Counted from the stretch's first letter, positions 40,779-54,160 are shown. The stretch is DNA of 64,000 bases from Octopus bimaculoides (GCF_001194135.2 NC_068988.1:90102688-90166687); one strand, 5' to 3'. The notes: generated by a model not told the origin, from the letters alone. Numbers and translations are program-made.

Positions 40779-41659
40779 ATATATATATTTAATGACTACA
40801 ATATCTTTCATTAAGATAAATACAAAGTGAAGCTGTTACTGACGCCACTTTTGATAGTAGCTTATTTATTATCGCTGGAAAGAAGAACATTTACAGACGC
40901 TGGATTAATTAAATTGTGTATGATATACGTATATTTCAAAGAAAATATATACAAATTCGAGAATGCTAGCCTTTGTACATTTTAAACAAAATAGTAAGCG
41001 AGAAACTTGGAAAATAACCCACTGTACCAATGATAAAATGCAGTAGATTTTTTTTTTTTTCAATTATAAATTGTCCTTTCTATTATAGGCACAAGGCCTA
41101 AAATTTGGGCGGAGGAGTGCGCCACTGGCACTTATTTCATCGACTTCCAAACGATGAGAGGTTAAACTGGCTTGGGCTGCCCCTATGACATGAAAGTAAC
41201 CAAATGTTTTATTTTGTTTTTAACACGCTATTATTTCTAATTTTATATTCTTCACTGTTCCGAAAAAGAATTAAGTTACAATAATTCGTATCGATTCTCA
41301 TGTCGTCAACGGTAGTTTGTTCTTTTAGTGGTTTAGTTTGGTTGCTGATGGAACAGCAGGTGTGTTTAGCAATACTGTGTTGGTATTGTTCGTTGACAAT
41401 TTACTGCTAGCAAAATAGGAAAGTAAGCTTTAGTTACAAGCAGATACGGACGAACTACTAAAGTGGTGTAGAAAACGACATTAACAAGTACAGTCTCGTT
41501 CGGAAAAATCCAAAATGTATTAAGACAGGAGGACCTATATGGTGTAGATTTTATGTATTATAGAAGTTTCGATTATCTGTGATACTTTGGTATACATTGT
41601 TACCACTGGTTCGATCGATTAAAACATTGAAATCTGTGATGTGATGTATCTAGTTGCTT

Positions 41660-42713
41660 CAACAGAAAATTGTCTTCGATCTGGTACCCAATGTATCAAC
41701 AGACATTTTTGATTTCATTGAACAAGACCTATCAACAGAGAATTATCTTGTATATGCCATGTGATAGAACCAGAGGTGTCATTAGAGAACTGTCTTCGAT
41801 GTGTCACGTATTAAACCAAATACATCAGCACAGAATTATCTTCGATCAGTCGTATGATAGAACTGGTCGTATCAACAAAGACTTGTGACTGATAAATCCA
41901 CGGAAAATTATTTTGGATTGAACACGTGATAGCAACAGCCGTATCGATAGAGAAGTGTATTGGATCTGTTGTATTTCATTTTTTATCTTTTACTTGCTTC
42001 AGTCATTAGACTGCGGCCTTACCGGGGTACCGTCGTGAAGGTGTTAGTCAAACAAATCAACCCCAGCACATAATTTCTTTTGAAATTGTTATTTATTCTA
42101 TTCGTCATTTTTCCCCAAACCTCTAAGTTCATAGACGTTAAAAACCCAACACTAGTTGTCAAGCACTAGTCGGATAGAAATGCAACAACCCCCCCACACA
42201 CATATATATATATATATATATATCGTACCTCGGGCAAATGTCGTATAGTAAGGCCCAGGGTCTACCAAGATTTTGTTAGCGGATTTGGTAGATGGAAACT
42301 GAAAGAAATCCGCCATATATATANNNNNNNNNNNNNNNNNNNNNNNNNNNNNNNNNNNNNNNNNNNNNNNNNNNNNNNNNNNNNNNNNNNNNNNNNNNNN
42401 NNNNNNNNNNNNNNNNNNNNNNNNNNNNNNNNNNNNNNNNNNNNNNNNNNNNNNNNNNNNNNNNNNNNNNNNNNNNNNNNNNNNNNNNNNNNNNNNNNNN
42501 NNNNNNNNNNNNNNNNNNNNNNNNNNNNNNNNNNNNNNNNNNNNNNNNNNNNNNNNNNNNNNNNNNNNNNNNNNNNNNNNNNNNNNNNNNNNNNNNNNNN
42601 NNNNNNNNNNNNNNNNNNNNNNNNNNNNNNNNNNNNNNNNNNNNNNNNNNNNNNNNNNNNNNNNNNNNNNNNNNNNNNNNNNNNNNNNNNNNNNNNNNNN
42701 NNNNNNNNNNNNN

Positions 42714-42753
<40 letters not shown>

Positions 42754-43005
42754 GGCGGATTTCTTTCAGTTTCCATCTACCAAATCCGCTAACAAGATCT
42801 TGGTAGAATCTGGGCCATACCATACGACACTCGCCCGATGTACCACGCAGTGGGACTGAAAGCGAGACCAGATAGTTGAGAACTAAATATCTTACCACCT
42901 AGCCACGCCTGTTATGTGATAGAATCAGATAAATTCATAGGGAATTGTCTTCGATCTGTCACGTAATGGAATCAGATATATCTACACAGATATTGTCTTC
43001 TATCA
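41660..43005. repeat. Degenerate ~46-48-bp minisatellite interrupted by a SINE B
   Basis: Recurrent AGAATTGTCTTCGATCTGTCACGTGATAGAACC-like units near 41667, 41738, 41786, 41832, 41904 and 41950, and again near 42941 and 42987. Confidence 0.75.
41975..42908 (-). mobile_element. SINE family B with an internal inverted self-duplication and an N gap
   Basis: 3' part at ~41975-42170 and 5' part at ~42750-42908. An inverted copy of the 5' part lies at ~42225-42316. Confidence 0.75.
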
Positions 43006-44547
43006 CAATGACCCATTCAGTCCCGGTTTAATTCATTTTCAGAATATAGCTATTTGGGTACCATCTTGGTCTAATTTGTCTCATTATATTTAAAGCTATC
43101 TCACAAATGTTTAAACATCTGCTGGAGATTGACATCAATTCTTGTGCCATAAACTCAGTTGCACTACGTGTGTATGTTGAATGGTTGAGGTAATTGGTAT
43201 TCTTGACTAGTTCAATTGCTAGGCCAGTTTTAATGTCTAAAATACACGGTAAATCTTAGTTTATATTCGACATATACGCTTCACTTAAAGCTTTTCAATA
43301 TATATTGACTTTAATTGAAATCACAGTTAATTATAAATATACAACTTGCCGCTCTGTGAAAAAATTTAATGCGAATTTACCATTTCCTTTCAATTTCGCC
43401 CAGGACATTCTATTCTTACTAGTCGGAAACTAGAATTTCAATGCTGTTTTTCAAATCTCCACGAAAATGTGAAAGAATTCAAGAAAAAAAATCCATTTGC
43501 CTTCAATATTAAGGAACTTCGGTCTGCTATTCAAGTAGATGAGAATAACTTGGTTTAATGAATTTTCTGTCGATAAATAGTTTTCTCTTTCTTTTCATAG
43601 ATTATAAATAAGGTAATCTAAAACGACTTTTGATTACAGTTTCATATATACTATCGTTATCCAGGTACGATATATATGTATGTGTGTGTATATATATGTG
43701 TGTGCGTGTGTGTGTGTGTGTGTGTCTAAACATAAGCAGATAAAGAGGAATATAACCTTATATAGTTTTCGGACGGGGAACCAGAGTAAAAGTTACAGAT
43801 TTGTTCTTATGAAAAAGGTATAAAATCAAAAGCATTACAATTTCCGTTGCAGAAATGAGTAGGTTTGTGAATGTATATAAATATATATATACTTTTTGTG
43901 AGGAAGCGTGTAAACATTTTTAGTTTAGGCGAATGCCGGCGTTTATGACTTCGAGATGAACGTGACATACACTTATTTACCTGCTTTTCTTCTGCTGTCA
44001 AATAAATATCTCCATGTCTGTCTCCCCACCCCCATCTGTCCCCGACTTTCTCTCTCTCCCTCTCTGTCTGTCTCTCTTTCCTATTTGAAAGTCAGTATAT
44101 ATATTATTCATATGCATTATGTTGTGGCAGGTTGTTAGTGGCAGTTAAATTATGTTACTCCATTCTTCTCGGAATATTAAATCATTTACTAATAAAAAAA
44201 TATCTAGCATCTGGGGAACTTTCCAATTATAGTTATTAATATCAATAGGCATGCTAGTACAACGCATTTCTTTAAACTCTGATTATTTCCTTCTATTTGA
44301 AAATGGGATTATTTCTTGAAATATCATACGATTATTAAACAGCTTTTGTGAGGTTATTCATTATCTTTTCTCATTCTTTTCTTTCTTGACATCATCTTAT
44401 ATATTTCGCCTAACTTTTCACCGGCGTTGGTCAACAGATTTGTACGAACATTTACATCCTTTATACACATTGCAATGCATCAAGCGAATTCTGAAGAATA
44501 CAATATTTTTCGATATAATTTTTTTATTTTATTGCTTCACAAACAAG

Positions 44548-46249
44548 CATAGATAATGGCAACAAATATTCCTATATGTGAGTTTAGGTGTTCATACCTA
44601 GTCTAGATACTGGAAATAACATAGCAGAAAATATTGATGTGAACTATGATTCAAACAAGATATGAATTCGGTATCTAAAGCAACATTTAAAAAATTGCTT
44701 TGAACATTGAGTCTATCTGTTCGCGTTTCATCATGAGCTAACAATAACAACTAGGTTTTAATATTCTTTCTACTGTAATGAAGCGAATTAGCAGAATTGA
44801 TACCGCGCCAGAGAAAAAAAAATACTTTCCGGTATTTCGACCGAATATACGTTCTGAGTTCAAAAGCCGTAGGATCAACTTGACTTTTCTCTTTTCAGGT
44901 TCGAGAAAATAAGTACCAGTTCAATACTGAGATCGATGTAATAGATTTAACATCCTCCACCGAAATTGCTAGCGTTGTGCCAAAATTTGTAACCAATATT
45001 CTTTCTAATGTAGGCACAAGACACAACATTTTAAGGGAGCGTGATAGTCAGTTACATCCACTCCAGTACACAGCTGCTGCTTTATTTTATTGGCCCCGGA
45101 AAGATAAAAGGCAAAGTTGACTTCGGTAGAATTTGAGCTCAGAATGTGAAGCCGGAAAAAATGTGGTTAATCATTTTTTCCGGTCTGCCAATGCTTCTGC
45201 TAGCTCTTTGCCTTTTAACGGATTTTATATAAGATCATATTAAGATGGCGAGCGGGCAAAATTGTTAGCACGCCAGGCGAACGCTTAGCGGCATTTCATC
45301 CGCCTTTATGTTCTGTGATCAAATACCACAGAGGTCGACTTCAATTTTCATCATTTCGGGGTCGATAATTTAAGTACCAGTTAAGCACTGTGGTAATCGA
45401 CATACTGTGTCCTCCTAAATTGCTGGACTTGTGACAAAATTTGAAACCAATCATATTGACATACATTTGGTGGGGTGGAGTGAATGTGTTATAGTTTATT
45501 TAATATGCTGTACCTCATTATTTGTGAGATAATCTATCTTAGCCTCATTAACAGGCTACCTGCGTTAATAACACTTACTTCTACAAGATATAACACTTAG
45601 CAGTATCACCTTCACCAGAGGTGATTTCCTATGTTAATAGTTACACCGAATCAGAAGTGTGTGAGTTCGAGTTACGACGTGGTTGTTACACTTAATTACG
45701 TTGATATCAGGATTACTATATATCAACTATAAATTGACTGGAGTTACCCGTAATACGGCGGGTAACTTTGCCTGTATACTTCTGGCACTAAAGCAAATAT
45801 CAGGAAATTGGGTGTGCACACAATAATTATTTATAATAATAATTTAACTTTGCTTACGCAAGTTCAGGAATTGACGATTAATTTTCAAAATATATATATA
45901 TATATTTATTACCGTAAAATAAAATAATATTCGAAATGCAAACACAAATGAAAAATTATTCTCCATGCTGTTTTCATATTATGGAAGTCCACACATACAC
46001 TCTGATATAACCTCTATCGTACTCTGTGTGTATGTATGTGTGTATGGATGGATGAATCGCGAACAGTTAGATTCTGGGTTCAAAGCAATTTTAAAAATGT
46101 TGCTTCAGATACCGAATTAATATCTTGTTTGAATTATACTTCACATAACTATTTCCTGCTATGTATTAAGACCAACAATATTTCCAATATCTAGACTAGG
46201 TATCAACACCTCACTCCACATACAGAACTCTTTGTTGCTATTATCTATG
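44548..46249. repeat. ~190-bp inverted repeat pair (MITE/foldback-like) enclosing three SINE A copies
   Basis: 44548-44732 is the diverged reverse complement of 46051-46249, e.g. cctagtctagata vs tatctagactagg and gaattcggtatct vs agataccgaatt. Confidence 0.8.
44780..45452. mobile_element. Three adjacent SINE A copies: + (~44780-44998), - (~45001-45214), + (~45242-45452)
   Basis: Each carries the family A B-box and TTTCATC...GGTCGATAA body, in alternating orientation. Confidence 0.85.
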
Positions 46250-46489
46250 TTGTAGAACCTCGCTCGTTTTGAAACATATCTTACGATCTTTCATCACAAG
46301 ATTATTAAAAAGATTATGTATTTACAATTCTGCCTGTCAATGATAATACGAAATTTTATTTTTATTTTTAATTTTTTATTTTATTTTATCTTACTTTTTT
46401 TTCGGGGGTGCAGATTGTCAAACTGTCCTTCGAATTTTGTAGATAGTGTATTCAATTAAGTTTGCATTTCTGTTAGCCTTTAAGTGCAA

Positions 46490-47060
46490 GTTAATAATTT
46501 CCAGTTAAGACGTCATGGAAGTTCATTCAAGGAATTAACGATCACTTTGAAACAAACACCGAATTGTCAAACACATCTGTTGGTTCATCAACAGCCAAAG
46601 AAATACCATTGGATATCTTGTGTTTATTGTTTAACGGGCACAGGATATTTCATTTACTTTATGTTTACGACTCATCTGTTTACTCTTTTCGCAGAAAGGC
46701 TAATATTCTTAAATCTAGTTTTCCCTGGACAAATATCTTCAGCTGCTGGTATCATATAAGATTTAATTAATTTACCGTCGGAAAGTGGTTTTCGTTTCGT
46801 CATGCACAAATAAACAACTCTCATACTAGCTTTTGCGACAGGTTCGTTATTGGTATTAGTCCTAAGGGTAAAGAACTGTTGCTATATAATATCCTACTTG
46901 CATATTTCCCATGACGAAACCATTTTATTAGATAAGAAACGGCGAACTCAATAATGTTAGCATTACCCAATAAGAACACATCAACTATACATCCGTTTAA
47001 GAGTAAGCAGGGGAAAAGGAACGCTCGCCGATGTGCAATAGGAAATCACAGTCATTTATT
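46490..47060 (-). pseudogene. hAT (Charlie/Buster/GTF2IRD2-like) transposase N-terminal relic
   Basis: Minus frame QFFTLRTNTNNEPVAKASMRVVYLCMTKRKPLSDGKLIKSYMIPAAEDICPGKTRFKNISLSAKRVNR*, then SLAVDEPTDVFD, matching the KPFSDGE / ISLS..TV / SLALDESTD pattern. Confidence 0.75.
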
Positions 47061-47865
47061 TAAACGACTGACCCCTTGTCCGTAGGATATACATCCGTTA
47101 ACCTATAAATCCGTTGGAACAATACGTATGTTTTTGTGTACGTTATATGTATGTATATATGTATGTATAAGGAAAATGCTAAAATAATTTTGTCATGAAT
47201 AACATTTTAGTACCAGTTTCAGTCTTTTCGACTACTTCAATTTAGATTTAAAGTGAGAAAAACAATTAAATTGTGGATAAGATAAATGAGATATTTTTTT
47301 TTTTAAATAAAATATTCCCATAGTCTTGAAATAGGTAGGGCATTTTCCTTTCTTCTCCTGTCCTTTTCTTTTTTCTCTTTTGCGACTCGTTCTTATTAAC
47401 TTTTTCTTCAGTTTTGCTACTACCTACCGAGCCTTCACTAAAATAAATNNNNNNNNNNNNNNNNNNNNNNNNNNNNNNNNNNNNNNNNNNNNNNNNNNNN
47501 NNNNNNNNNNNNNNNNNNNNNNNNNNNNNNNNNNNNNNNNNNNNNNNNNNNNNNNNNNNNNNNNNNNNNNNNNNNNNNNNNNNNNNNNNNNNNNNNNNNN
47601 NNNNNNNNNNNNNNNNNNNNNNNNNNNNNNNNNNNNNNNNNNNNNNNNNNNNNNNNNNNNNNNNNNNNNNNNNNNNNNNNNNNNNNNNNNNNNNNNNNNN
47701 NNNNNNNNNNNNNNNNNNNNNNNNNNNNNNNNNNNNNNNNNNNNNNNNNNNNNNNNNNNNNNNNNNNNNNNNNNNNNNNNNNNNNNNNNNNNNGGTTTGT
47801 GAAACAGCGCACGTCAAAGTTATAAAAATGGTAAATTATTAACATTGTGTGTATTTGTGTGGTGT

Positions 47866-47930
<65 letters not shown>

Positions 47931-47993
47931 ATGTGTGAGTGTTTGTGCGTGTGTGAGTGTGTGTGTCTGTTGTGTCTGTGTGTCATATGTATA

Positions 47994-48666
47994 TATTGTG
48001 TTGAGTCAAACGTTTTGCAATATTTTGGTAACATATTAGCAATTTTCTTTTACAACAAAAACAGCTTTGTTTCAAGTTTCAGAAATCTGTTCGGGGTCAT
48101 TCGTGCGGGTATGAGGTCCAGCGTTGTTTTGTTGCGGAAGAGATCGCTTTCTGTTAACCAAGGCCGGATATTTTTGCCGCTCAATGGCATTTATCGAATC
48201 CAGGTTCTCGGAATACTGGTTTGTATCGATGAGTCTACTGTGCGGAACAATATTCTCGTGAATTAAGTCTTCATAATTCCACCAGACCCAGAGCAAAAGT
48301 TTGTGGAACACACATGTTTTCGAAACACCCGTGTTTGGTAATGAGTTCCAGAGTTTGGCCCTTGGTTTTAATCATGCTTCTACACCTTAGGTTTGCGGAA
48401 GTATATATCTCTCTGGTTTTACTTGTTCTTATCCATCGCGCACTTCCTGCGATCGCAACATTTCATCAATTAAGACAAGATGTAATACCAGGGAAGGAGT
48501 TCTTTGCTTCGAAGAGGAGGATCTTTTGGAAGCGTGGGATCAAAGAACTGGCATTAAGGTGGCTTCAGACAGTGCAACATAATGACCTCCACTTTGAATG
48601 CTAGGCTGTTCTTGTAACATGCCAATTAAAGTCATAATATAGCCAAACTTTTGACTCAACACATTA
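47994..48666. mobile_element. Mariner deletion derivative with terminal IRs and an internally inverted transposase
   Basis: Terminal IRs 47994-48018 and 48642-48666 match at 22/25 and start with TA. Minus frame LLLWVWWNYEDLIH...KYPALVNRKRSLPQQNNAGPHT. Plus frame FFASKRRIFWKRGIKELALRWLQTVQHNDLHFEC. Confidence 0.88.
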
Positions 48667-48800
48667 CACACATATATATATATATATATGTGTGTGTATG
48701 TCTGTGTGTGTGTTTGCATGTATAATACATACGAAATACATACACGTACATACGCTAACATATATACATGCACAAACACAGACACATATATACATACACA

Positions 48801-49065
48801 GTCGTGAGTTCGATTCCTGGCAACGCGTTGTTTCCTTGAACAAGATACTTTATTCCACGTTAGTCCAGTCCACTCAGCTGGCAAAAATGAACAGTACCTC
48901 AATTTCAAACGGTCAGCCCTGTCAGACTCTGTGTCACGCTGAATCTCCCTGAGAACTACGTTAAGGATACATGTGTCTGTGGAGTGCTCAGCCACTTGCA
49001 TGTTAATTTCACGAGCAAGCCGTTCCATTGATTCTATAAGCTGGCACCCTCGTCGTCGTAACCGT
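48801..49065 (+). mobile_element. SINE family C, 5'-truncated
   Basis: gtcgtgagttcgattcctgg...gagtgctcagccacttgcatgttaatttcacgagc...ccctcgtcgtcgtaaccg; matches 19694-20017. Confidence 0.9.
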
Positions 49066-50183
49066 CATATGTATATATATGTATGTATATATATNNNNNN
49101 NNNNNNNNNNNNNNNNNNNNNNNNNNNNNNNNNNNNNNNNNNNNNNNNNNNNNNNNNNNNNNNNNNNNNNNNNNNNNNNNNNNNNNNNNNNNNNNNNNNN
49201 NNNNNNNNNNNNNNNNNNNNNNNNNNNNNNNNNNNNNNNNNNNNNNNNNNNNNNNNNNNNNNNNNNNNNNNNNNNNNNNNNNNNNNNNNNNNNNNNNNNN
49301 NNNNNNNNNNNNNNNNNNNNNNNNNNNNNNNNNNNNNNNNNNNNNNNNNNNNNNNNNNNNNNNNNNNNNNNNNNNNNNNNNNNNNNNNNNNNNNNNNNNN
49401 NNNNNNNNNNNNNNNNNNNNNNNNNNNNNNNNNNNNNNNNNNNNNNNNNNNNNNNNNNNNNNNNNNNNNNNNNNNNNNNNNNNNNNTGTGTGTGGGTGTG
49501 TCTGTGTGTATGTGTGTGTGTGTGTGTGTGTGTATTGGGGACCTTGTTACGGAGACCGAAATATAACCGGTAAAATTCTTGTTAGGAGATTTGTTGTCAG
49601 AAAAGTATTATACATAAATACATATTTCCGTGCAGACACTGGGAATAATGTTTTTGACATACGTGACCTGGCCGAAAGGGTTTTGGCAATTTCATTCCTC
49701 GTTCAACTTAAAAGTGTAATATTTTTATTTTATGACAGATATGAACAGAAAACAATTATCTTCTGCTTTCGGCGATTTTATAGACTTATATTGATCGTTT
49801 ACAGACTATACGTAAAACACTGCTCTGCGGGCAATTTTCTGCTTGTAGCTAAAATATTATTTACACCTTTGATTTCTAATTCATGTATTTTTCTCTATGT
49901 TACGTCCAATTTATCCTTCTAACCTTTATTCGTCTCATAATATTCACTCAATAAATATGTTTAAAGTAATTGTAAGGACTCAAAGATAGTGATAGAATTC
50001 ATGAAGAAATCAAATATTATGTTGATTTAATTTAGGAACATCAAAGTCTTCAGCTTATTGCATATAGATATATCAGATTTCGTTATGCTGTATGACAAAA
50101 TCTGAATTGTACTGGAGAAAAACTCATGCAGAAAAACTTACTGTAGATTCGAACACGTTATTTCATAACATGGGGAATTTATT

Positions 50184-50226
<43 letters not shown>

Positions 50227-52182
50227 CATAAGTATACAGGGATTAGCATGAGTTGCTTCTCCAACATACTGAGAATTTAGAAATAGCAGTCAAAGAACTA
50301 CTGATTCCAAACTACAATTTTTTTCTCTAACGGATGGCGATATTTATGGCACACACAGAACAAAAAACAGAAGAGAAAAGCAAAAACAAACCTGCCTTTA
50401 GTTAATTGAGTACGACGTTTCATGGTTAAGAGTATGAAGCTACTCTATTCCGATCTTCAGCCCAATATTCGAATAAATTTGAAAGTGTCTATATAACTCA
50501 TGGGGACTTTTATATATTTATATATATATTTGCATTAATAGACCTCAATTACACATGTGCACATATGCAGAGGCGGGAGTGTTAATATTACTCATCATCA
50601 TCATCATATGAACTACGATAACACGAGCGTTAATTCCCCAACAAAGGAATTAACTGTCGAAAATATTTAACAGATAACACGGTGCCGTCCTTATCATTTC
50701 CGTTAGTAATCTACTAAGATGGTTCTGTCTTTTAAAACATTGTGCATAGCTATCACATACTTTAGTTGAAATAAAATGAGTTTTTAGTTGCTAGAATTGA
50801 CGTAAATTTGAAGCACTTTTCTAGTTCAACATTCTCTTTCTTAAAAATATCCAACAAATATGAAAAAATTCTGGAATCAATATAATTTGGCTGATGCTGG
50901 ATAAAACTTATAGTTTGGAGACATGTTTTTTACTGATATGTCTACGGAAAGTAGCGTTATAAAGTGTATGAGAGTGCATGAGAGGGAGAAATGACAAAAA
51001 GTGTACGCTATCTTACTATTAATTAAAATTAATGTTCTCTATTTGATATTTTCTTTAACAAATACGTTAAACAATTGATAAAAATATATTGAAATTAGAA
51101 TTTTTTTTAGAATCTTTTAGACAGCGTAGGCTTTAATAATTGCTTTTATTTAGTAAAATTTACATACTCGTGCCTAATTTATATGTAACTTTCTTTATCG
51201 TAGAATAGATGGTTGCCTTTTGGCTATAAAAAGAAAGCTTCGTGAAAACTTTTTCTGTAGATCTCCTGTAGCTGTAGCAGTAATCAGGTTTTTTGAGGAA
51301 CACCGGATATATATTAAAAATATTGTGGCAGATTATAAATTGCTGTTAGAAAGATTCAAATATATACAGTAAATCTTTAGTGAGCAAAATTAAAATATTC
51401 ATTTCCGAAAATTCTTTCATGTAGACAAAACTAAAATATGTATTGTAAAATAATTTACGGAGGAAACTTTCAATTTTGATATTAATAATATATGTCATTT
51501 CATTTGAGACAATAGCAAAAATGAGGTTTCTTCATACTATGCATGTAACGTGAAGTAGGTAAGGAAAACCTAATATGCCTCATGCAGCATCATATTTCCA
51601 GTGAATTCTTTGAACCGGAAGAAATGTCTTTCCGCACGTATTTTGCTCACCTCTCCAATGAAGGATGAATTTTGGTGAAGATATTGCTTGTCATACATAC
51701 CAGAAATGATATAATTGAAACATAGCCTTGACAATTTTTCAATTCGGAATCTAGAACGAAATTCGTTTTAAATTCATCTTTTATTAGTTCGTATTTGTGC
51801 AATAAGTAAGTACTATAAAATAAAAGAATTCTTTCAGAAAGTTATATCGACAATTTGCTGAGACAGTCGAGTAAACGAAGGGATAAGAATAGATACACAT
51901 ATGTACCTATAGACACATATACAAACATATATATACCTTTCATTCTTTTGTGGTCGATAAAAGAACAAGAGTACTGGGATGGATCTAATCGATTTTTGCA
52001 TCTCCTTGATAAATTACTGGTATGGTGCCTATAGTAGAGAGCTTTAGTTTTTATTAAACATTAAGCTAATTAGAACATGCGGACACAGAATTTAAAATAA
52101 CGTTACCTTGGTTCTTCGCGAAATAGATTTCTTGAGCAAGATCAATATTCGTACGCTATCATAAATTCGCCGTCTTCAACTA

Positions 52183-52680
52183 AACACGATATGTTGACTG
52201 AAATGTCGAGAAATGCGACGGAAGTGTTGGAAATACTGTAGGAGAATTCGAAGGATTGGATAAAAGAGAGGAAGGAGTCTAGTTGTTCGTGGGAGAGTGA
52301 AGTCGCACCAATACTGTCATCAATATAACGATCGTATATTTCGGGAGTGGGATCAGTGAATCGTGAGAATATTTGGGCCTCAACGTAGCCAAAGTACAGG
52401 TTCGCATAGTTGGTCTCGTTCGGTTAATTCTCGTCCAGTTTATTCTTTTAAATGATGGGGCACTGAAATGCAATCACGTTTTACTTGGATAATTGTGTGA
52501 TTGGCTTTTGGTGAAGGAGGGAGTTCGATACCGCTGCCCTCTTTTGAGTTTCCTGCCTTGATATCGGTTCATCTGGGATCTTGGATAGCAAGTTGTTGCT
52601 TGAAAAAATATATCACCACTCTATGGAGATTCGTCAGATAATTTGGCAAGGAGTTAAGTAGCTGTGGACCCTTGAATCAC
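52183..52680 (-). pseudogene. Penelope-like reverse transcriptase fragment
   Basis: Open minus frame not in the ORF track: NYANLYFGYVEAQIFSRFTDPTPEIYDRYIDDSIGATSLSHEQLDSFLSFIQSFEFSYSISNTSVAFLDISVNI (RYIDD catalytic motif and FLD motif of PLE RTs). Confidence 0.85.
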
Positions 52681-52807
52681 ACGCTATTGCAGTACATGGT
52701 TCTCACCTTAGATGAGACAGCTGGGACTTTTGGAACTGTGTTGTGATGTCCAATTCGAGGTCTAGTATAACTCTCAACTCCAAAGTTTGGTGCCATCCCT
52801 TCCAGTA

Positions 52808-52881
<74 letters not shown>

Positions 52882-53407
52882 ACACTCACACTCACCTCCC
52901 CCTCAAACACACACACACACACACACAAAATCACACATACATATATGTGATTGCAACTGGATGTAAATTAGAGTAATATATCATAAACACATACATATGC
53001 TCACACGCTAAGACACATATAAATGTTGGGTGGCAGTGTTGATGCTGTTATTGTGGGTCGTTACTGGCGGTGGCGTTGCTGGTGACTCACCTCTATGATG
53101 ATGGTGGTGGTGGTGTTGGCTATGATGGTGCTGGTTTTTGCTTTGATATTATTTTAGCTGTGATTAGTTATCTATTATGAAAAAAAAATCGTATGATCAC
53201 AAGAAACTTTCTTGTGCCCGACAGGTATAGAAACAGACGCAATAGGAGAACTGGTTGTTTTCTTTTCCCGCCGACACATATTGAAAAACAACTTAGAAAA
53301 ATAACACCTCTATGTATTTAGAGGAATACTGCAGTAATTTGCTATTTAACATGATATTTATATTATAGATAGCGATTTCAATTGCATATAACGGATATGT
53401 ATGTATA

Positions 53408-53469
<62 letters not shown>

Positions 53470-53475
<6 letters not shown>

Positions 53476-54160
53476 AAAGGCCAAAATACATGTATTTAAG
53501 TGCTACTAATAGTTTCATATGCTGAGAGAACTCAAACTTTATATATCAGGCTCAAACCACATATCATAACGAACTAAACAATTGAATAAATAGAAGAAAC
53601 GCGATGAAGCTGAGAAGGCAGCATACAGAAAATGCGGACAGTAAACAATGGGAAATGAAAAACGGAAAACAAAACTTAAGTGTTAAAAGGTAAAAAGTGT
53701 TAACCTCCTTAGGCCTTAAATAATAAGGCTGGGAAGATATTAAGTCAATAACGAATAGGTGGAATTTTCCAATTCTTCAGAATATATTTGTACATATGCA
53801 TGCAACCACTCACAATTTCTGACCTGGAGTTCAATGGAGAGTTAGGGATCTTAGATCTGAACAGGATCTGCGCTCTTTCAGCCAAAATCTACATTTATTC
53901 AATCCATTCACATAAGGTATGGATTTCTCAATTACTTTCCATTTAATCACATGAGATGTTTCGTTATCCTTTGAACTCCATCCATAGCTAGTCAACTTAG
54001 TAGCTTTACTGTTGTCCCTATGTCGGAAGTAGGCTATGTGATTGGAACAGCAATTTTTTAATTCTCCTTCATATAATCCAGTATGGGTCTTCTTATCAGT
54101 TGTATTATTATTTAAGGTTGCAGTACTTCTACCTCATATATAATAGATTTAATCCTATAT
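53470..54160 (-). mobile_element. Penelope-like GIY-YIG endonuclease relic plus 3' pLTR remnant
   Basis: Frameshifted peptides KKTHTGLYEGE, VIKWKVIEKSIPYVNGLNKCRFWLKE and PLNSRSEIVSGCMHMYKYILKNW. A decayed hammerhead-like GAAACTATTAGTA motif lies at ~53497-53540. Confidence 0.75.

Noticed and set aside
50406-50466. CUGAAGA...GAAACGUC hammerhead-like motif on the minus strand
   Set aside because: Stem I is out of register by 3 nt and stem II lacks a closing pair next to GAAA; at best a relic.
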